Shown piece by piece: positions 34,589 to 44,527 of a stretch of 64,000 nt of DNA; within the stretch, counting starts at the first letter, position 1; each line of letters begins with the position of its first letter. The notes under the pieces were generated by a model, which worked only from the letters and a program-made list of their open reading frames with translations, did not search any database and was not told where the DNA came from. Made by a program: the position numbers and the translations under genes. Source of the stretch: Gammaproteobacteria bacterium (GTDB lineage Bacteria > Pseudomonadota > Gammaproteobacteria > GCA-001735895); NCBI GenBank assembly GCA_050298595.1, contig JBNKUM010000067.1, positions 2,976 to 66,975 of the forward strand, given 5' to 3'.

Positions 34589-34614
34589 TGTAACTTGTCA
34601 GCTTTTTCTGTGCA

Positions 34615-35982
34615 CTATTTGATCGGATAGCCGCCGTGATCTTTTATATCCTGGTCAATTTCCTGCGCCGCCCGGTGAAGTTCCGTTTTGACGTCTGCGC
34701 CATTAATAATATTCTCCATCGCTTCGGCAAAGACCTTTGAGATCACGGCATACGCTGGAGTGATCGGACGAGGAATGGCGCGCTCGCTTTCCAGTTGTTG
34801 TGCAATCAAATGTAAGGGGCCTGATTCACCATACAATTTTGACTGTGCCAGCACTGACTTCCGGGCCGGTGGGCCTCCGTTTTCGTTCGTCATACGTAAC
34901 ATTTCCTGCGGGGATAGCAGGAACTCGATGAATGTCCAGGCGCCAGTGGGATCCGGGCAATTGCTGGATATCCCCCAGCTCCAGCTACCCATCGCGGTTT
35001 TTGACCCATACCCAAAATCAGGCTGCGGTAACAACACCAGATCTTCCCCCAGAGCCTCGGCATGCGGTTTGTACATCCAGTGCCCCACCCAGGCGAGGGC
35101 CGCTTTTTTAGATCCGTAAAAATCGTCGTCCGTGGTCCTGGATTTGCCGGCCCAGCCCTTTTCAAACCAGCTCTGAAAGTGTTGCATGGCCTCAATCGAC
35201 TGGGGACTATCCAGCACGCCAGTTGCATGCTGGTAGCTGCTGCGATCAATCAGATCACCACCAAATGACTGGATGATGGGCGTAAAACACCATGAATAAA
35301 ACTCGCCAGGACCATAATTAATTTTCATATCAATTGCATACTCTACGTCAGGCAGGGCGGTCAGTTTTGCCAGCGCCTCTTCAAATTCGACCAGATTCCA
35401 CGGTTTTTCAAAGGTCGGTATGCGGATTCCAGCCGCGTTCAGATAGCGGCGATTGCCGTAGATTACCAGCCCTGAGTCAAACTGTCCGAGGCTATAGAGC
35501 TGTCCGTTGAAGGTTCCCTGGGTGAGAATCGAGGGCAATAAGTCGGCTTTTAGATCTGCTGAAACAAAACGGTCAATCGGCTGCAGATAGCCTGGCCATG
35601 CAAAGTTATAGAGGTATGGACCGTCAAACTCCAGGGCGCAGGCCAAACTACCAGACTGTGCGCTGCCAATGATCCGGTCAGCATAGATTTCCGGTGCAAT
35701 CGGCACATATTCTATGGTGTATTTATTTTGAGCCTGCTCAAAGGCTTCCACCGACTTAGCAAACACATCACCTTCTATGCTGCCAGGTAACATATGCGTC
35801 CAGACGCTGATCACTTTGCGCCTGTCTGTCTGGGGCGAGGGTGTTGAAGGTAGCGCTGTTGGTACTGAAGAGGGAGCGGCTAAAGCAGTGGATGTAGTCA
35901 AGTCCGAAATCCTGCAAAAAGTTAGTATCATGGCCACCAGAATCAGCTTATTTTGATAAAGTATTTTCTTTCTCATTTTCAC
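34615..35982 (-). CDS. Orphan extracellular solute-binding protein, paralog 2
   Basis: A 455-aa protein, roughly 60% identical to SBP paralog 1 (QPIDRFVSA..KAD.LPSI..QGT, YGNR.YL.AAG.RIPT). Confidence 0.85.
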   Translation of the reverse strand: MKMRKKILYQNKLILVAMILTFCRISDLTTSTALAAPSSVPTALPSTPSPQTDRRKVISVWTHMLPGSIEGDVFAKSVEAFEQAQNKYTIEYVPIAPEIYADRIIGSAQSGSLACALEFDGPYLYNFAWPGYLQPIDRFVSADLKADLLPSILTQGTFNGQLYSLGQFDSGLVIYGNRRYLNAAGIRIPTFEKPWNLVEFEEALAKLTALPDVEYAIDMKINYGPGEFYSWCFTPIIQSFGGDLIDRSSYQHATGVLDSPQSIEAMQHFQSWFEKGWAGKSRTTDDDFYGSKKAALAWVGHWMYKPHAEALGEDLVLLPQPDFGYGSKTAMGSWSWGISSNCPDPTGAWTFIEFLLSPQEMLRMTNENGGPPARKSVLAQSKLYGESGPLHLIAQQLESERAIPRPITPAYAVISKVFAEAMENIINGADVKTELHRAAQEIDQDIKDHGGYPIK

Positions 35983-36121
35983 TCCCCTCTAATGTACTTC
36001 AATACCAATGAGTAATTTCGGGCTCCTGACAAGCCGGCTCTGCTTATAATTAGGGCACCTCCGATGTAAATATTATGCCTTTCATATGTATCCAAATTAT
36101 GATTTGCCTGCTACATCATTA

Positions 36122-37927
36122 TTATTTCTGGAAATTTTCGGGTGAAATCCCCTTGCTGCACATCTCCAGAATTTTGTCTCCTGATACGGACTTGCTGTAA
36201 TAAAACCCTTGCGCAACATCACAATCCACGGATTTCAGAAATTCCTGCTGAGTACCCATCTCAACGCCTTCAGCAACCACTTTCAGATTCAGGCTATGGG
36301 CCATGGCAATAATGGCCAACGGAATCGCATTGCCATGCTCAGTACCAATGTTTTTTATAAAGGACTTATCGATCTTCAGTTCGTTGACGGGGAAATCCTG
36401 CAAATAGGCTAGACTTGAATATCCTGTTCCGAAATCATCAACTGAAAGCCCAACACCTAAATCATGCAGCTTGTTTAGAATATCCAGATTAGTTTTACTG
36501 TACTGCATCAGCAGACTTTCGGTTATCTCCAGTCCAAGCCTGGAGGGCGGTATCTGAAACTCTTCAATAGTACGATGCACGGTATCTTCAAAGCCATCTG
36601 AGTGTAATTGCGGCACTGAGATATTTACCGAGATAGATAAATCATCATAACCAGCATCATGCCATCGTCTTAATTCTGCACAACTCTCACGTAAGCCAAA
36701 CGCTCCAAGTTCCTTGATCAGTCCATTCGCTTCTGCTACCGGGATAAATTCTGCCGGGGATATCAACGTTCCATTGGCGAGACGCCATCGCATTAGCGCT
36801 TCAGCACCTATGATTTTATTTGTAGTTAAATCAATCTGTGGTTGATACTCCATAAACAGTTCCTGATTATGAATCGCATCTATGAGCAAATTGGAAAGGT
36901 TAAGATGATCCTGCACAGTCCTGTTTAATTCGCTGGTATACAGTTTGATTTCGGCTCGACCAGATTGCTTGGCGTGATACATGGCGGTATCGGCATTGCT
37001 CAACAGGGTATCCACATCCGTGCCGTCCTCCGGGTAAACAGCTATACCAATGCTAGCACCTATATGAAAATTCAAATCATTCATTTGAAATGGTATTCGA
37101 AGAGAATCAAATATTTTTCTGGCCATAGCCATGATATCTTGATTTTTCTGATGCAATGGTAGACAAATTACAAACTCATCTCCACCCAGCCTGGCAACAA
37201 TATCTTCATCACGTATGGCACTTTTAAGTCTATCGGCAACTTTACTTAGCAGCTTGTCGCCAGCATGATGTCCTAACGAATCGTTAATAATTTTAAATTG
37301 ATCCAGATCGAGAAACATCAATGCAATATTCTCATCACATCGTTTCGCTCGAGTGATTAGCTGGTTAAGTCGCTCCACCAACAATATACGATTGGGCATG
37401 TCGGTTAACGAATCATGAGTAGCGATATACCTGACCTGTTCTTCAACTCGCTTTCGCTCCTCAATTTCATGGCGTAATAAAACGTTAGCATCAACTAGCT
37501 CCTGAGTGCGCTCGCTAATACGTATATCAAGCTCTTTGCGTAAACCCGAAAGCTCGAGATGAGTATTGATTCGAGCCATTACTTCCGCAAAATTGATCGG
37601 TTTGGTAATGTAATCGACAGCACCCACGGCAAAACCATGCACCATATCGGATGTTTCTGTAGCAGCGCTTAAGAATATGATAGGGATATCTATCAGATCC
37701 TGTTCTAATCTGATGCGACGACAGGTCTCATAGCCATCAATACCCGGCATCATAATATCAAGCAGAATAAGGTCTGGCTTAGGGAGATTGGCCAGTTTTA
37801 GGCGTCGAAGTGCCTGTTCTCCACTTTGCGCGACTGCTATCTTGAGATTCTGCCCCTCAAGACCGTCAACTAGCAACTTCAGATTGGCAGGATTATCGTC
37901 AACTAGCAGGATAATTTTACTTACCAT
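36122..37927 (-). CDS. Response regulator with REC, GGDEF and EAL domains
   Basis: A CheY-like REC (LILLDIMMPG) and intact GGDEF (RLGGDEFVI) and EAL (GAEALMRW) motifs. Confidence 0.9.
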   Translation of the reverse strand: MVSKIILLVDDNPANLKLLVDGLEGQNLKIAVAQSGEQALRRLKLANLPKPDLILLDIMMPGIDGYETCRRIRLEQDLIDIPIIFLSAATETSDMVHGFAVGAVDYITKPINFAEVMARINTHLELSGLRKELDIRISERTQELVDANVLLRHEIEERKRVEEQVRYIATHDSLTDMPNRILLVERLNQLITRAKRCDENIALMFLDLDQFKIINDSLGHHAGDKLLSKVADRLKSAIRDEDIVARLGGDEFVICLPLHQKNQDIMAMARKIFDSLRIPFQMNDLNFHIGASIGIAVYPEDGTDVDTLLSNADTAMYHAKQSGRAEIKLYTSELNRTVQDHLNLSNLLIDAIHNQELFMEYQPQIDLTTNKIIGAEALMRWRLANGTLISPAEFIPVAEANGLIKELGAFGLRESCAELRRWHDAGYDDLSISVNISVPQLHSDGFEDTVHRTIEEFQIPPSRLGLEITESLLMQYSKTNLDILNKLHDLGVGLSVDDFGTGYSSLAYLQDFPVNELKIDKSFIKNIGTEHGNAIPLAIIAMAHSLNLKVVAEGVEMGTQQEFLKSVDCDVAQGFYYSKSVSGDKILEMCSKGISPENFQK

Positions 37928-38508
37928 ACTGAGTTAATCCCGACAGCACAAAACAGATAATTTGAGAGACAATATAGTTTTATTTTTTTCACAAAACTGC
38001 CTGCATAATTGATGAGTTCCTTATTTATTAAGCTGACGCTGTAAAACCCCGGATATCTATGCGCTCTGGAAGCGCCACCTTTTTGAGGACTTATCTATCA
38101 TTAAAAAAAGGTGAGAAAAACAACATCCTGCTATATTGTTTTCCTGTTAACCCTGAGATTCTTATACTGCAATATACTTTATAGCAAAATTTCAGGGAAT
38201 TCGCCTAAAAGGATTTTAAAGATTATTCAGGTAGTCTAAATCAAGTACATAGATTGAAATATGAGCCTGTTTATATTTTTATATTCAATAACTTATAGGA
38301 AATAGTTAGCTTTCTGATCAGTATTTTCAGGTTTATACAGGCATCCCAAAAAATTCAACTATGCGTGAGTCTGTCGGTACTTTTTCAGAGCTTCCTTAAA
38401 TGATGTTGTTCAAACCCACCACTGGAAAGCCAAATGTACTTGAAAAGTAAAAGCCAGGGATAGATCATCAGGGTTTAATTTTCATCCATTCCCAGAGAGC
38501 GGAAACCC

Positions 38509-38934
38509 ATGCATCATAATTCCAGCAAAGCTTATCGTGGTTCCTGCCTGTGTCGAGCTATTCAATTCGAAGCAAGTAACCTGTCACCACAAATGGGGCA
38601 TTGCCATTGCAGTATGTGCCGTAAGTTTCACGGTGCGGCTTTTGCTACCTTTGGCGAAACAACCTCTGAAAATTTTCGCTGGCTAAACGGAGCAGAGCTT
38701 CTTAAGAGTTATCAGGCCCCCAATGGAACCACCCGTCAGTTTTGTAGCGTCTGTGGCTCCAGTCTTACCTTTAAACCCAGTGGCGAGGATACCGGCCTGG
38801 TTGAATTTGCTCTGGGTGCACTGGATGGTCCAATTAGCGAACGGCCGGATGCTCACATCTTCACCGCCTACAAAGCTGACTGGATGGATCTTTGTGATGA
38901 TCTGCCTAAATTTAAGGAAGGCAGAGATGGTTGA
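38509..38934 (+). CDS. GFA-family (glutathione-dependent formaldehyde-activating / CENP-V-like) protein
   Basis: The family's Cys-rich zinc-binding pattern (CLCRAIQF, CHCSMCRKFHG, CSVCGS). Confidence 0.8.
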   Translation: MHHNSSKAYRGSCLCRAIQFEASNLSPQMGHCHCSMCRKFHGAAFATFGETTSENFRWLNGAELLKSYQAPNGTTRQFCSVCGSSLTFKPSGEDTGLVEFALGALDGPISERPDAHIFTAYKADWMDLCDDLPKFKEGRDG

Positions 38935-39430
38935 CGCTAATACCATCAAGATTCGTGATTTTCATCCTTCTGATGTAAACCTGATTGTTACGTTAAATTA
39001 TCAATCGGTTGCGGTTTTAAGTGCGATGGATGAACAGCGTTTTGATCTTTTGCGGGAACAAAGCAGTGTATTGTGGATTGCCGAACTTAACCAGCAGCCG
39101 GTTGGATTTTTGATGGGTTTTGGCGATGGAAGCAACTACGACAGTGTTAATTATCAGTGGTTTAATGAGCGGTATGATAGTTTTGTGTATATCGACCGAG
39201 TGGTAGTTGGGGTCGAAGTGCGTAGTGCTGGCATAGGCAGCGCCTTTTATGCCCGGCTTGAGCAATGGGCATATGAGCAACAAAAGTCCTGCCTTGTAGC
39301 TGAGGTAGATATTGTTCCTCTTAATCAGGGTTCTCTCAATTTTCATCTGCGCCTGGGGTTTGTTGAAGCTGGGCAGCAGGTGTATGGAAATCCGCAAAAG
39401 AAGGTTTCATTGATGAGAAAAAATCTATGA
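38927..39430 (+). CDS. GNAT family N-acetyltransferase
   Basis: GNAT motif A (VVGVEVRSAGIGSAFYARL). The ATG at 38927 overlaps the GFA stop by 8 bp. The longer ORF-track version that starts at 38723 is an out-of-frame overlap with the GFA gene. Confidence 0.75.
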   Translation: MVDANTIKIRDFHPSDVNLIVTLNYQSVAVLSAMDEQRFDLLREQSSVLWIAELNQQPVGFLMGFGDGSNYDSVNYQWFNERYDSFVYIDRVVVGVEVRSAGIGSAFYARLEQWAYEQQKSCLVAEVDIVPLNQGSLNFHLRLGFVEAGQQVYGNPQKKVSLMRKNL

Positions 39431-39533
39431 GCTTTCACAGCCGATTGATTTTCAGGCTTTGGGGTCACGAAACCCTGCGATAAGCTTAAATTCTATACGT
39501 AAGATAATCTGACTTACCTTCTATCCATTAATA

Positions 39534-40202
39534 ATGAAACGAACCATTAAGTCACTATCATTCAGGGCTGAATTTTCAATTGTGATCCTTATCGCTTTTG
39601 GATACTTCATGTTATCCAGCCTGCTTTTCATTTTTATCCCATACACTAACGCACCTGTTTCTGAGTCTCATCTCAGGTTTTTATTGGTCTACGAAACTTT
39701 GGTAACCATAGCGCTTTGGAAATTTTTATCTTTTCGAGGGTGGAAGATTCAACAGTTAGGATTAGTGCCTTCGATTCGAGATACTCTTATCGGTATTGGA
39801 CTTTTCGTTGTAGCGTACACTGCCTACCTGGTTGTATGGCTAATTTTTAACAACATAGTCACTGGGTTGGAGGATCAATCACGCGGACTTGTTTCTTCCG
39901 GACTAAGTCTGACAACCGTGCTGATAGTTTCCATTCTGAATCCGATCTTTGAAGAGGTCTTTGTGTGTGGCTATATCATCACGGCTCTAAGAAAAATGCG
40001 AAGTATCTCATTCGCTATTAACATGAGTATAGGTATAAGACTTGTTTACCACCTTTATCAAGGTTCGGTCGGGGTTATTGGTATAATCCCGCTGGGATTT
40101 ATCTTTGCGTATTGGTATGCAAAGACGGGACGTTTGTGGCCTGTAGTTATCGCACATGGTCTAATTGACTTTCTGGGCTTATTTGCCTATACGCAAAAGT
40201 AA
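39534..40202 (+). CDS. CPBP-family intramembrane metalloprotease (CAAX protease / Abi)
   Basis: An EExxxR-type motif (IFEEVF), a conserved His in the final helices (HGLIDFLG) and 6 TM helices. Confidence 0.75.
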   Translation: MKRTIKSLSFRAEFSIVILIAFGYFMLSSLLFIFIPYTNAPVSESHLRFLLVYETLVTIALWKFLSFRGWKIQQLGLVPSIRDTLIGIGLFVVAYTAYLVVWLIFNNIVTGLEDQSRGLVSSGLSLTTVLIVSILNPIFEEVFVCGYIITALRKMRSISFAINMSIGIRLVYHLYQGSVGVIGIIPLGFIFAYWYAKTGRLWPVVIAHGLIDFLGLFAYTQK

Positions 40203-40246
40203 GGCTTCCGCGTCCTGCTCACGCCCCTTGCCAATGTCCCGACAGG

Positions 40247-40445
40247 TAAGGTAGAGATACTCCGCCGCAAACGAGCAATTCAGCTCGTAGCAGAATTCAC
40301 CTATTTGGTTTTCAGCATGGATGATGTTATTTCGCGAATGCATGGACGCCTACATGGACGTAGGTGGTACGAGCTCAGGGGTGAGCGAAGGTAGGACAAT
40401 GCAGGACGCCTAAAGGGATTTAGGTGATAGAGCGAAAGCTGGATG
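40247..40445. repeat. ERIC-like conserved intergenic element, copy B
   Basis: 40247-40349 is about 88% identical to 6897-6999. It continues into a palindromic segment (cctacatggacgtagg) and a divergent tail. Confidence 0.5.
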
Positions 40446-40700
40446 CCAGAGCAAACCGGTATCCAGAGAGTCAATTGCTGGATTGTCATACCCTGTGGTT
40501 GCACCAGCAAAGGCATAATCGGAAAGGATGGCGGAATAATGATTAACCAAATGCTCGACCCAGATGGTACCGTCAGAAAATCTCTTTACGTTGCCGTTAT
40601 CCGTAAGACTGTCACCGAATGTCAAACAGTACTATAACCCAGAGCACTCCCTGAGGTAAAAAGAGAAAAAAACAGAACAAGTACTAAATATTGCATATGA
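40410..40700 (-). pseudogene. GDSL (SGNH) lipase gene fragment, frameshifted and 3-prime truncated
   Basis: A signal peptide (MQYLVLVLFFSLFTSGSALG) in one frame ends at a stop. The GDSL motif (FGDSLTDNGN) continues in another frame. The ORF runs into repeat element B after about 70 codons. Confidence 0.55.
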
Positions 40701-41325
40701 TTCAGGCCCATACGCGGTCCTCTTTCAACATTATTTGGATATCCAGGAACTTCTGGTCTCGCAGGATCCAGCTCCTGGTACTCTGCAGATTATTTTTGTC
40801 ATTTATGAGTAGCCTTCGTTTAGTAAATCTATATAAACTGATTGTGATTGATGCGATATGTAGGCAGGTTCAAGAACAAACGTAACCCACCCCGTCTTTA
40901 TCATTTTTTGCCCGATTCAAAGTGCTAAATGCTTTGAAATTGACACCATTACCAGGATTAATGGAATCTGCTTGCGTTGCGACGAGAAATGCCGTTGTAA
41001 TGACGGTAACTTGATATGTATTCATCTTCTTTCCATAAGTACTATTGACACTTAGTTAACAGATATTGAATAGGCATACTCTAACGTAAGAGACAAAAAA
41101 CAATAAAAATGGTTGATCTAGCTTGATAGAATAAAAGTTGAGAAGCCGATATTCTAGCAACTCCTTATAACGTTTAACTGCATTAATTCAGAGCTGCTTA
41201 TTCCGCGCGTGTTTTGATTAAAAAAAGTGTCATTTTTGTAGATGACAAGAATCAGGTACACATAAAGTTATTCTTTGAGTGATTCGAAGTGTACCTATCT
41301 AAATACTCAGTACATGTGAACGGCT

Positions 41326-43018
41326 GCTCCTGGCACAGCCTGTGTGAAAACCCTACTTAGGAGTATAATAAGTCATTCAAATAGACAGGTGAAACAATGA
41401 CTGGATTCATTGAAGGCGTAGCCAGAATACAAGCCACCTTATTTCCTGAATTACTTGACGATTACATCAGCGAAGAAAATCCCGTTCGCGTTATTGATGC
41501 CTTTGTCGATAATCTTGACCTCGATAAATTGGGTTTCAAAACCTACCCAGCAATAACCGGTCGTCCTGGTTACCACCCATCCAGCATGCTCAAGCTGTTT
41601 ATCTACGGTTACCTCAATCGTATCCAGTCTTCTCGTCGTTTAGAAAGGGAGTCGGGGCGTAATGTCGAGTTAATGTGGTTACTCGGTCGTCTATCTCCCG
41701 ACTTTAAAACCATAGCTGACTTTAGAAAAGATAATGGTAAAGGCATTAAAAATACCTGTCGAACCTTTATCGATTTGTGCAGACAATTAAATATGTTCAC
41801 CGATGCTATTGTCGCCATTGATGGCAGTAAATTTAAAGCAGTCAATAGTAAAGAAAATAATTACACACCCAAGAAACTACAATTTCATATAGACCGGGTT
41901 GAGAAGCATATCGAAGACTATTTACAACAACTCGATACCGCTGACAGGGCAGAAAAACCAGAGACTGATGGCAGGTCTATCGAAGATAAAATCACCTGGC
42001 TTAAGAAAAGACTCGCTGAGTTAAAGGCACTGGAAGGTGAGGTGGACAATCATCCTGACAAACAACTATCAACAACGGATCCGGACTCTCGATTAATGAA
42101 AACACAAGGGATGACCAGAGTGGTTTGTTACAATGTACAAACGGCCGTTGACCCCAAAAACCACCTGATTGTAGCCCATAAGGTAACGAATACACCTGAT
42201 CGTGGACAACTCTGCGGTGTAGGTAAACTGGCTCAAGACGCACTGGATACTAAAGGGATCACTGTTATTGCTGACAAAGGTTATTACAGTGGCCAGGATA
42301 TCAAAGATGCTCAGGATGCGGGTATGACGGTACTTGTACCCAAAGGTGATACTTCTGGCAGCGAGAAAAAAGGCATATTTAACCGATCCCGGTTCGAATA
42401 CGATGCAGAGCAAGATAGATATATTTGCCCCGCCAAACAAGAGTTATCCTATCGATTCACTTCGGTTGAGAAAGGACTATCGTTAAAGAAGTATTGGGCC
42501 TATGAACCCACTTGTAGGGCTTGCTCGATGAAACCACAATGCTCTAACAGTAATCAGGCTCGTAGAATCACTCGTTGGGTTCATCAGGATAGATTGGATC
42601 AAATGGACAAGTTACTCTCTTCTCAGCCAGAGTGCATGCTCATCAGAAAGCAAACCGTTGAACACCCTTATGGCACGATTAAATGCTGGATGGGATCAAC
42701 TCATTTTTTAACGAGACAATTCAAAAATGTCAGCACCGAAATGAGTCTGCATGTTTTGGCTTACAATTTAAAACGCATGATGTCGTTATTTGGACAGGCT
42801 GGATTAGTCGCCGCAATGACAAAGGTATAGGGATTAATGGCCCATAGTAATTGCATCTATAAAATACGTCGATATGACGTGTTTATTCTTTTGTGTAAGC
42901 CAGACAATTTTCTTATTCATAAAAAGGACTCTGAAAATAAGGAAGCTCAGGACTTAGCATAAGAAGTCTGAATAATGACTGGAGGACGAAATTATTAAGA
43001 TAATAGTTTTTACACAGC
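41326..43018 (+). mobile_element. IS1182-family (IS5-related) insertion sequence with imperfect terminal inverted repeats
   Basis: A single transposase ORF. The left end is cagcctgtgtgaaaac (about 41332) and the right end is gttttacacagcctg (about 42998), matching at 14 of 16 positions as an inverted repeat. The exact ends are uncertain. Confidence 0.55.
41397..42830 (+). CDS. IS1182-family transposase
   Basis: A 477-aa protein with the family's characteristic N-terminus (RIQATLFPELLDDYISEENPVRVIDAFVDNLDL...LGF) and a DDE region. Confidence 0.85.
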   Translation: MTGFIEGVARIQATLFPELLDDYISEENPVRVIDAFVDNLDLDKLGFKTYPAITGRPGYHPSSMLKLFIYGYLNRIQSSRRLERESGRNVELMWLLGRLSPDFKTIADFRKDNGKGIKNTCRTFIDLCRQLNMFTDAIVAIDGSKFKAVNSKENNYTPKKLQFHIDRVEKHIEDYLQQLDTADRAEKPETDGRSIEDKITWLKKRLAELKALEGEVDNHPDKQLSTTDPDSRLMKTQGMTRVVCYNVQTAVDPKNHLIVAHKVTNTPDRGQLCGVGKLAQDALDTKGITVIADKGYYSGQDIKDAQDAGMTVLVPKGDTSGSEKKGIFNRSRFEYDAEQDRYICPAKQELSYRFTSVEKGLSLKKYWAYEPTCRACSMKPQCSNSNQARRITRWVHQDRLDQMDKLLSSQPECMLIRKQTVEHPYGTIKCWMGSTHFLTRQFKNVSTEMSLHVLAYNLKRMMSLFGQAGLVAAMTKV

Positions 43019-43224
43019 CTGGGCACATACCTCCCTTTGCACGGCACATCTTGAACGTCCTCAATTGCATCCCTGTCCCCCACCACCGCCGGGGAGATAC
43101 AAAATCAAACGCAGATGTGCAATCCAGGTATATTTATATCCCTAAACTATTGGCTTGACATTGGAGTAAACTGGAATAGTATATCTGGATATCCGTATAT
43201 GCGTATTACCACAACAGATCTACT

Positions 43225-43566
43225 ATGAATGAATTCTTTAAAGTTCTGGCCGATGAGACAAGATTAAGGTGTCTGGCATTAATTTTTGAAAACGATGAGC
43301 TTTGTGTATGTGAATTAATACATGCGCTGGATCTACCGCAATCTAAAATATCGCGTCATTTATCCATCATCAAGTTGAATAATCTAATCACCCAGAGGCG
43401 TGAAGGTCAATGGGTGTTATATTCAAAAGAACCGACGTTATCAGACTTCAAGACAGGTTTGATCAAAATGACTATCGATGAGTTAAGTAAAACCAGCATC
43501 TTCAAGCAGGATAAGAAAAGATTAGCCACTATGAATAATCGACCAGCCTTGAGTTGCTGTAAGTAA
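43225..43566 (+). CDS. arsR: ArsR/SmtB family metalloregulator
   Basis: A winged HTH with the ELCVCEL metal(loid)-binding Cys motif. Confidence 0.85.
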   Translation: MNEFFKVLADETRLRCLALIFENDELCVCELIHALDLPQSKISRHLSIIKLNNLITQRREGQWVLYSKEPTLSDFKTGLIKMTIDELSKTSIFKQDKKRLATMNNRPALSCCK

Positions 43567-44519
43567 TGTTTGAGTTATTAGCCGACTTGATAGCCTACCA
43601 ATTACTGGGCCTTTCGACAGAATCCCAGTTTGGACAGAGCATGCACTTTTTTGTTATGGATGTAACCAAAATCTTCTTCATGCTGATTGCAGTTATTTAT
43701 GTGATGGGTTTATTTCGCTCCTTTGTTTCTGCGGAAAGAGTCAGGGATTATGTACGCGGAAAATCAAGCTTAGTCGCCAGGATTTTAGCAATATTTCTGG
43801 GAGCGATTACCCCTTTTTGCTCCTGTTCATCGGTTCCTTTATTTATCGGTTTTGTAGAAGCAGGTATACCGCTAGGCGTCACCTTTTCTTTTCTGATTGC
43901 CAGTCCGATGATTAATGAAATCGCGGTCGTGATGCTGTGGGGAATTGTCGGTTGGAAAATCACCGTGTTGTATGTAGTGTCGGGTATGTTCGCCGCATTT
44001 TTTGGCGGCATGGTGATGGAAAAATTCAAACCCGAAAGATGGGTTGAAGATTATGTGTGGAAAATCAAGGTGGGTGAGGCTGCAAGATTAGAGCAGGATA
44101 ACTCACTCAAAGCGAGACATTATTATGCTTATGCACAGGTCGATGAAATTGTCACGCGTATCTGGAAGTGGGTAATCCTGGGGGTTGGTGCAGGAGCCTT
44201 ATTTCATGGCTATTTTCCAGAAGCATGGGCTACAAACCTAAGCGATAGTAATAATTTCTTCGCGGTACCGATGGCAGTGCTTATCGGCGTTCCGCTCTAC
44301 TCGAATGCTGTTGGTGTTATCCCCTTAGCCGAAGCGATGTTGTTAAAAGGTGTTGCGATTGGAACAACGCTCAGTTTTATGATGAGTATTGCGGCCATAT
44401 CATTGCCAGAATTATTGATTCTAAAGAAGGTCATAAAATGGCAGGCTCTGGCACTATTTACTGCTATAGTGGCTATATCAATTATTTTAGTTGGCTGGTT
44501 TTTTAATATTATTCTGTGA
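43566..44519 (+). CDS. arsP: ArsP-type organoarsenical efflux permease (DUF318 permease family)
   Basis: A 317-aa protein with about 8 TM segments and a TPFCSCS motif (GAITPFCSCSSVPLF). Its start overlaps the arsR stop. Confidence 0.75.
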   Translation: MFELLADLIAYQLLGLSTESQFGQSMHFFVMDVTKIFFMLIAVIYVMGLFRSFVSAERVRDYVRGKSSLVARILAIFLGAITPFCSCSSVPLFIGFVEAGIPLGVTFSFLIASPMINEIAVVMLWGIVGWKITVLYVVSGMFAAFFGGMVMEKFKPERWVEDYVWKIKVGEAARLEQDNSLKARHYYAYAQVDEIVTRIWKWVILGVGAGALFHGYFPEAWATNLSDSNNFFAVPMAVLIGVPLYSNAVGVIPLAEAMLLKGVAIGTTLSFMMSIAAISLPELLILKKVIKWQALALFTAIVAISIILVGWFFNIIL

Positions 44520-44527
44520 GGTGAAAA

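Noticed and set aside
38723-38926. Longer 235-aa version of the GNAT ORF
   Set aside because: The upstream part overlaps the GFA gene in another frame. The GNAT homology begins at the ATG at 38927.
38509-40445. Integron-like gene cassettes (small GFA/GNAT/CPBP genes followed by a conserved repeat)
   Set aside because: The genes overlap or abut without intervening attC-like sites. Only two copies of the repeat exist in 64 kb, 33 kb apart, and there is no integrase.
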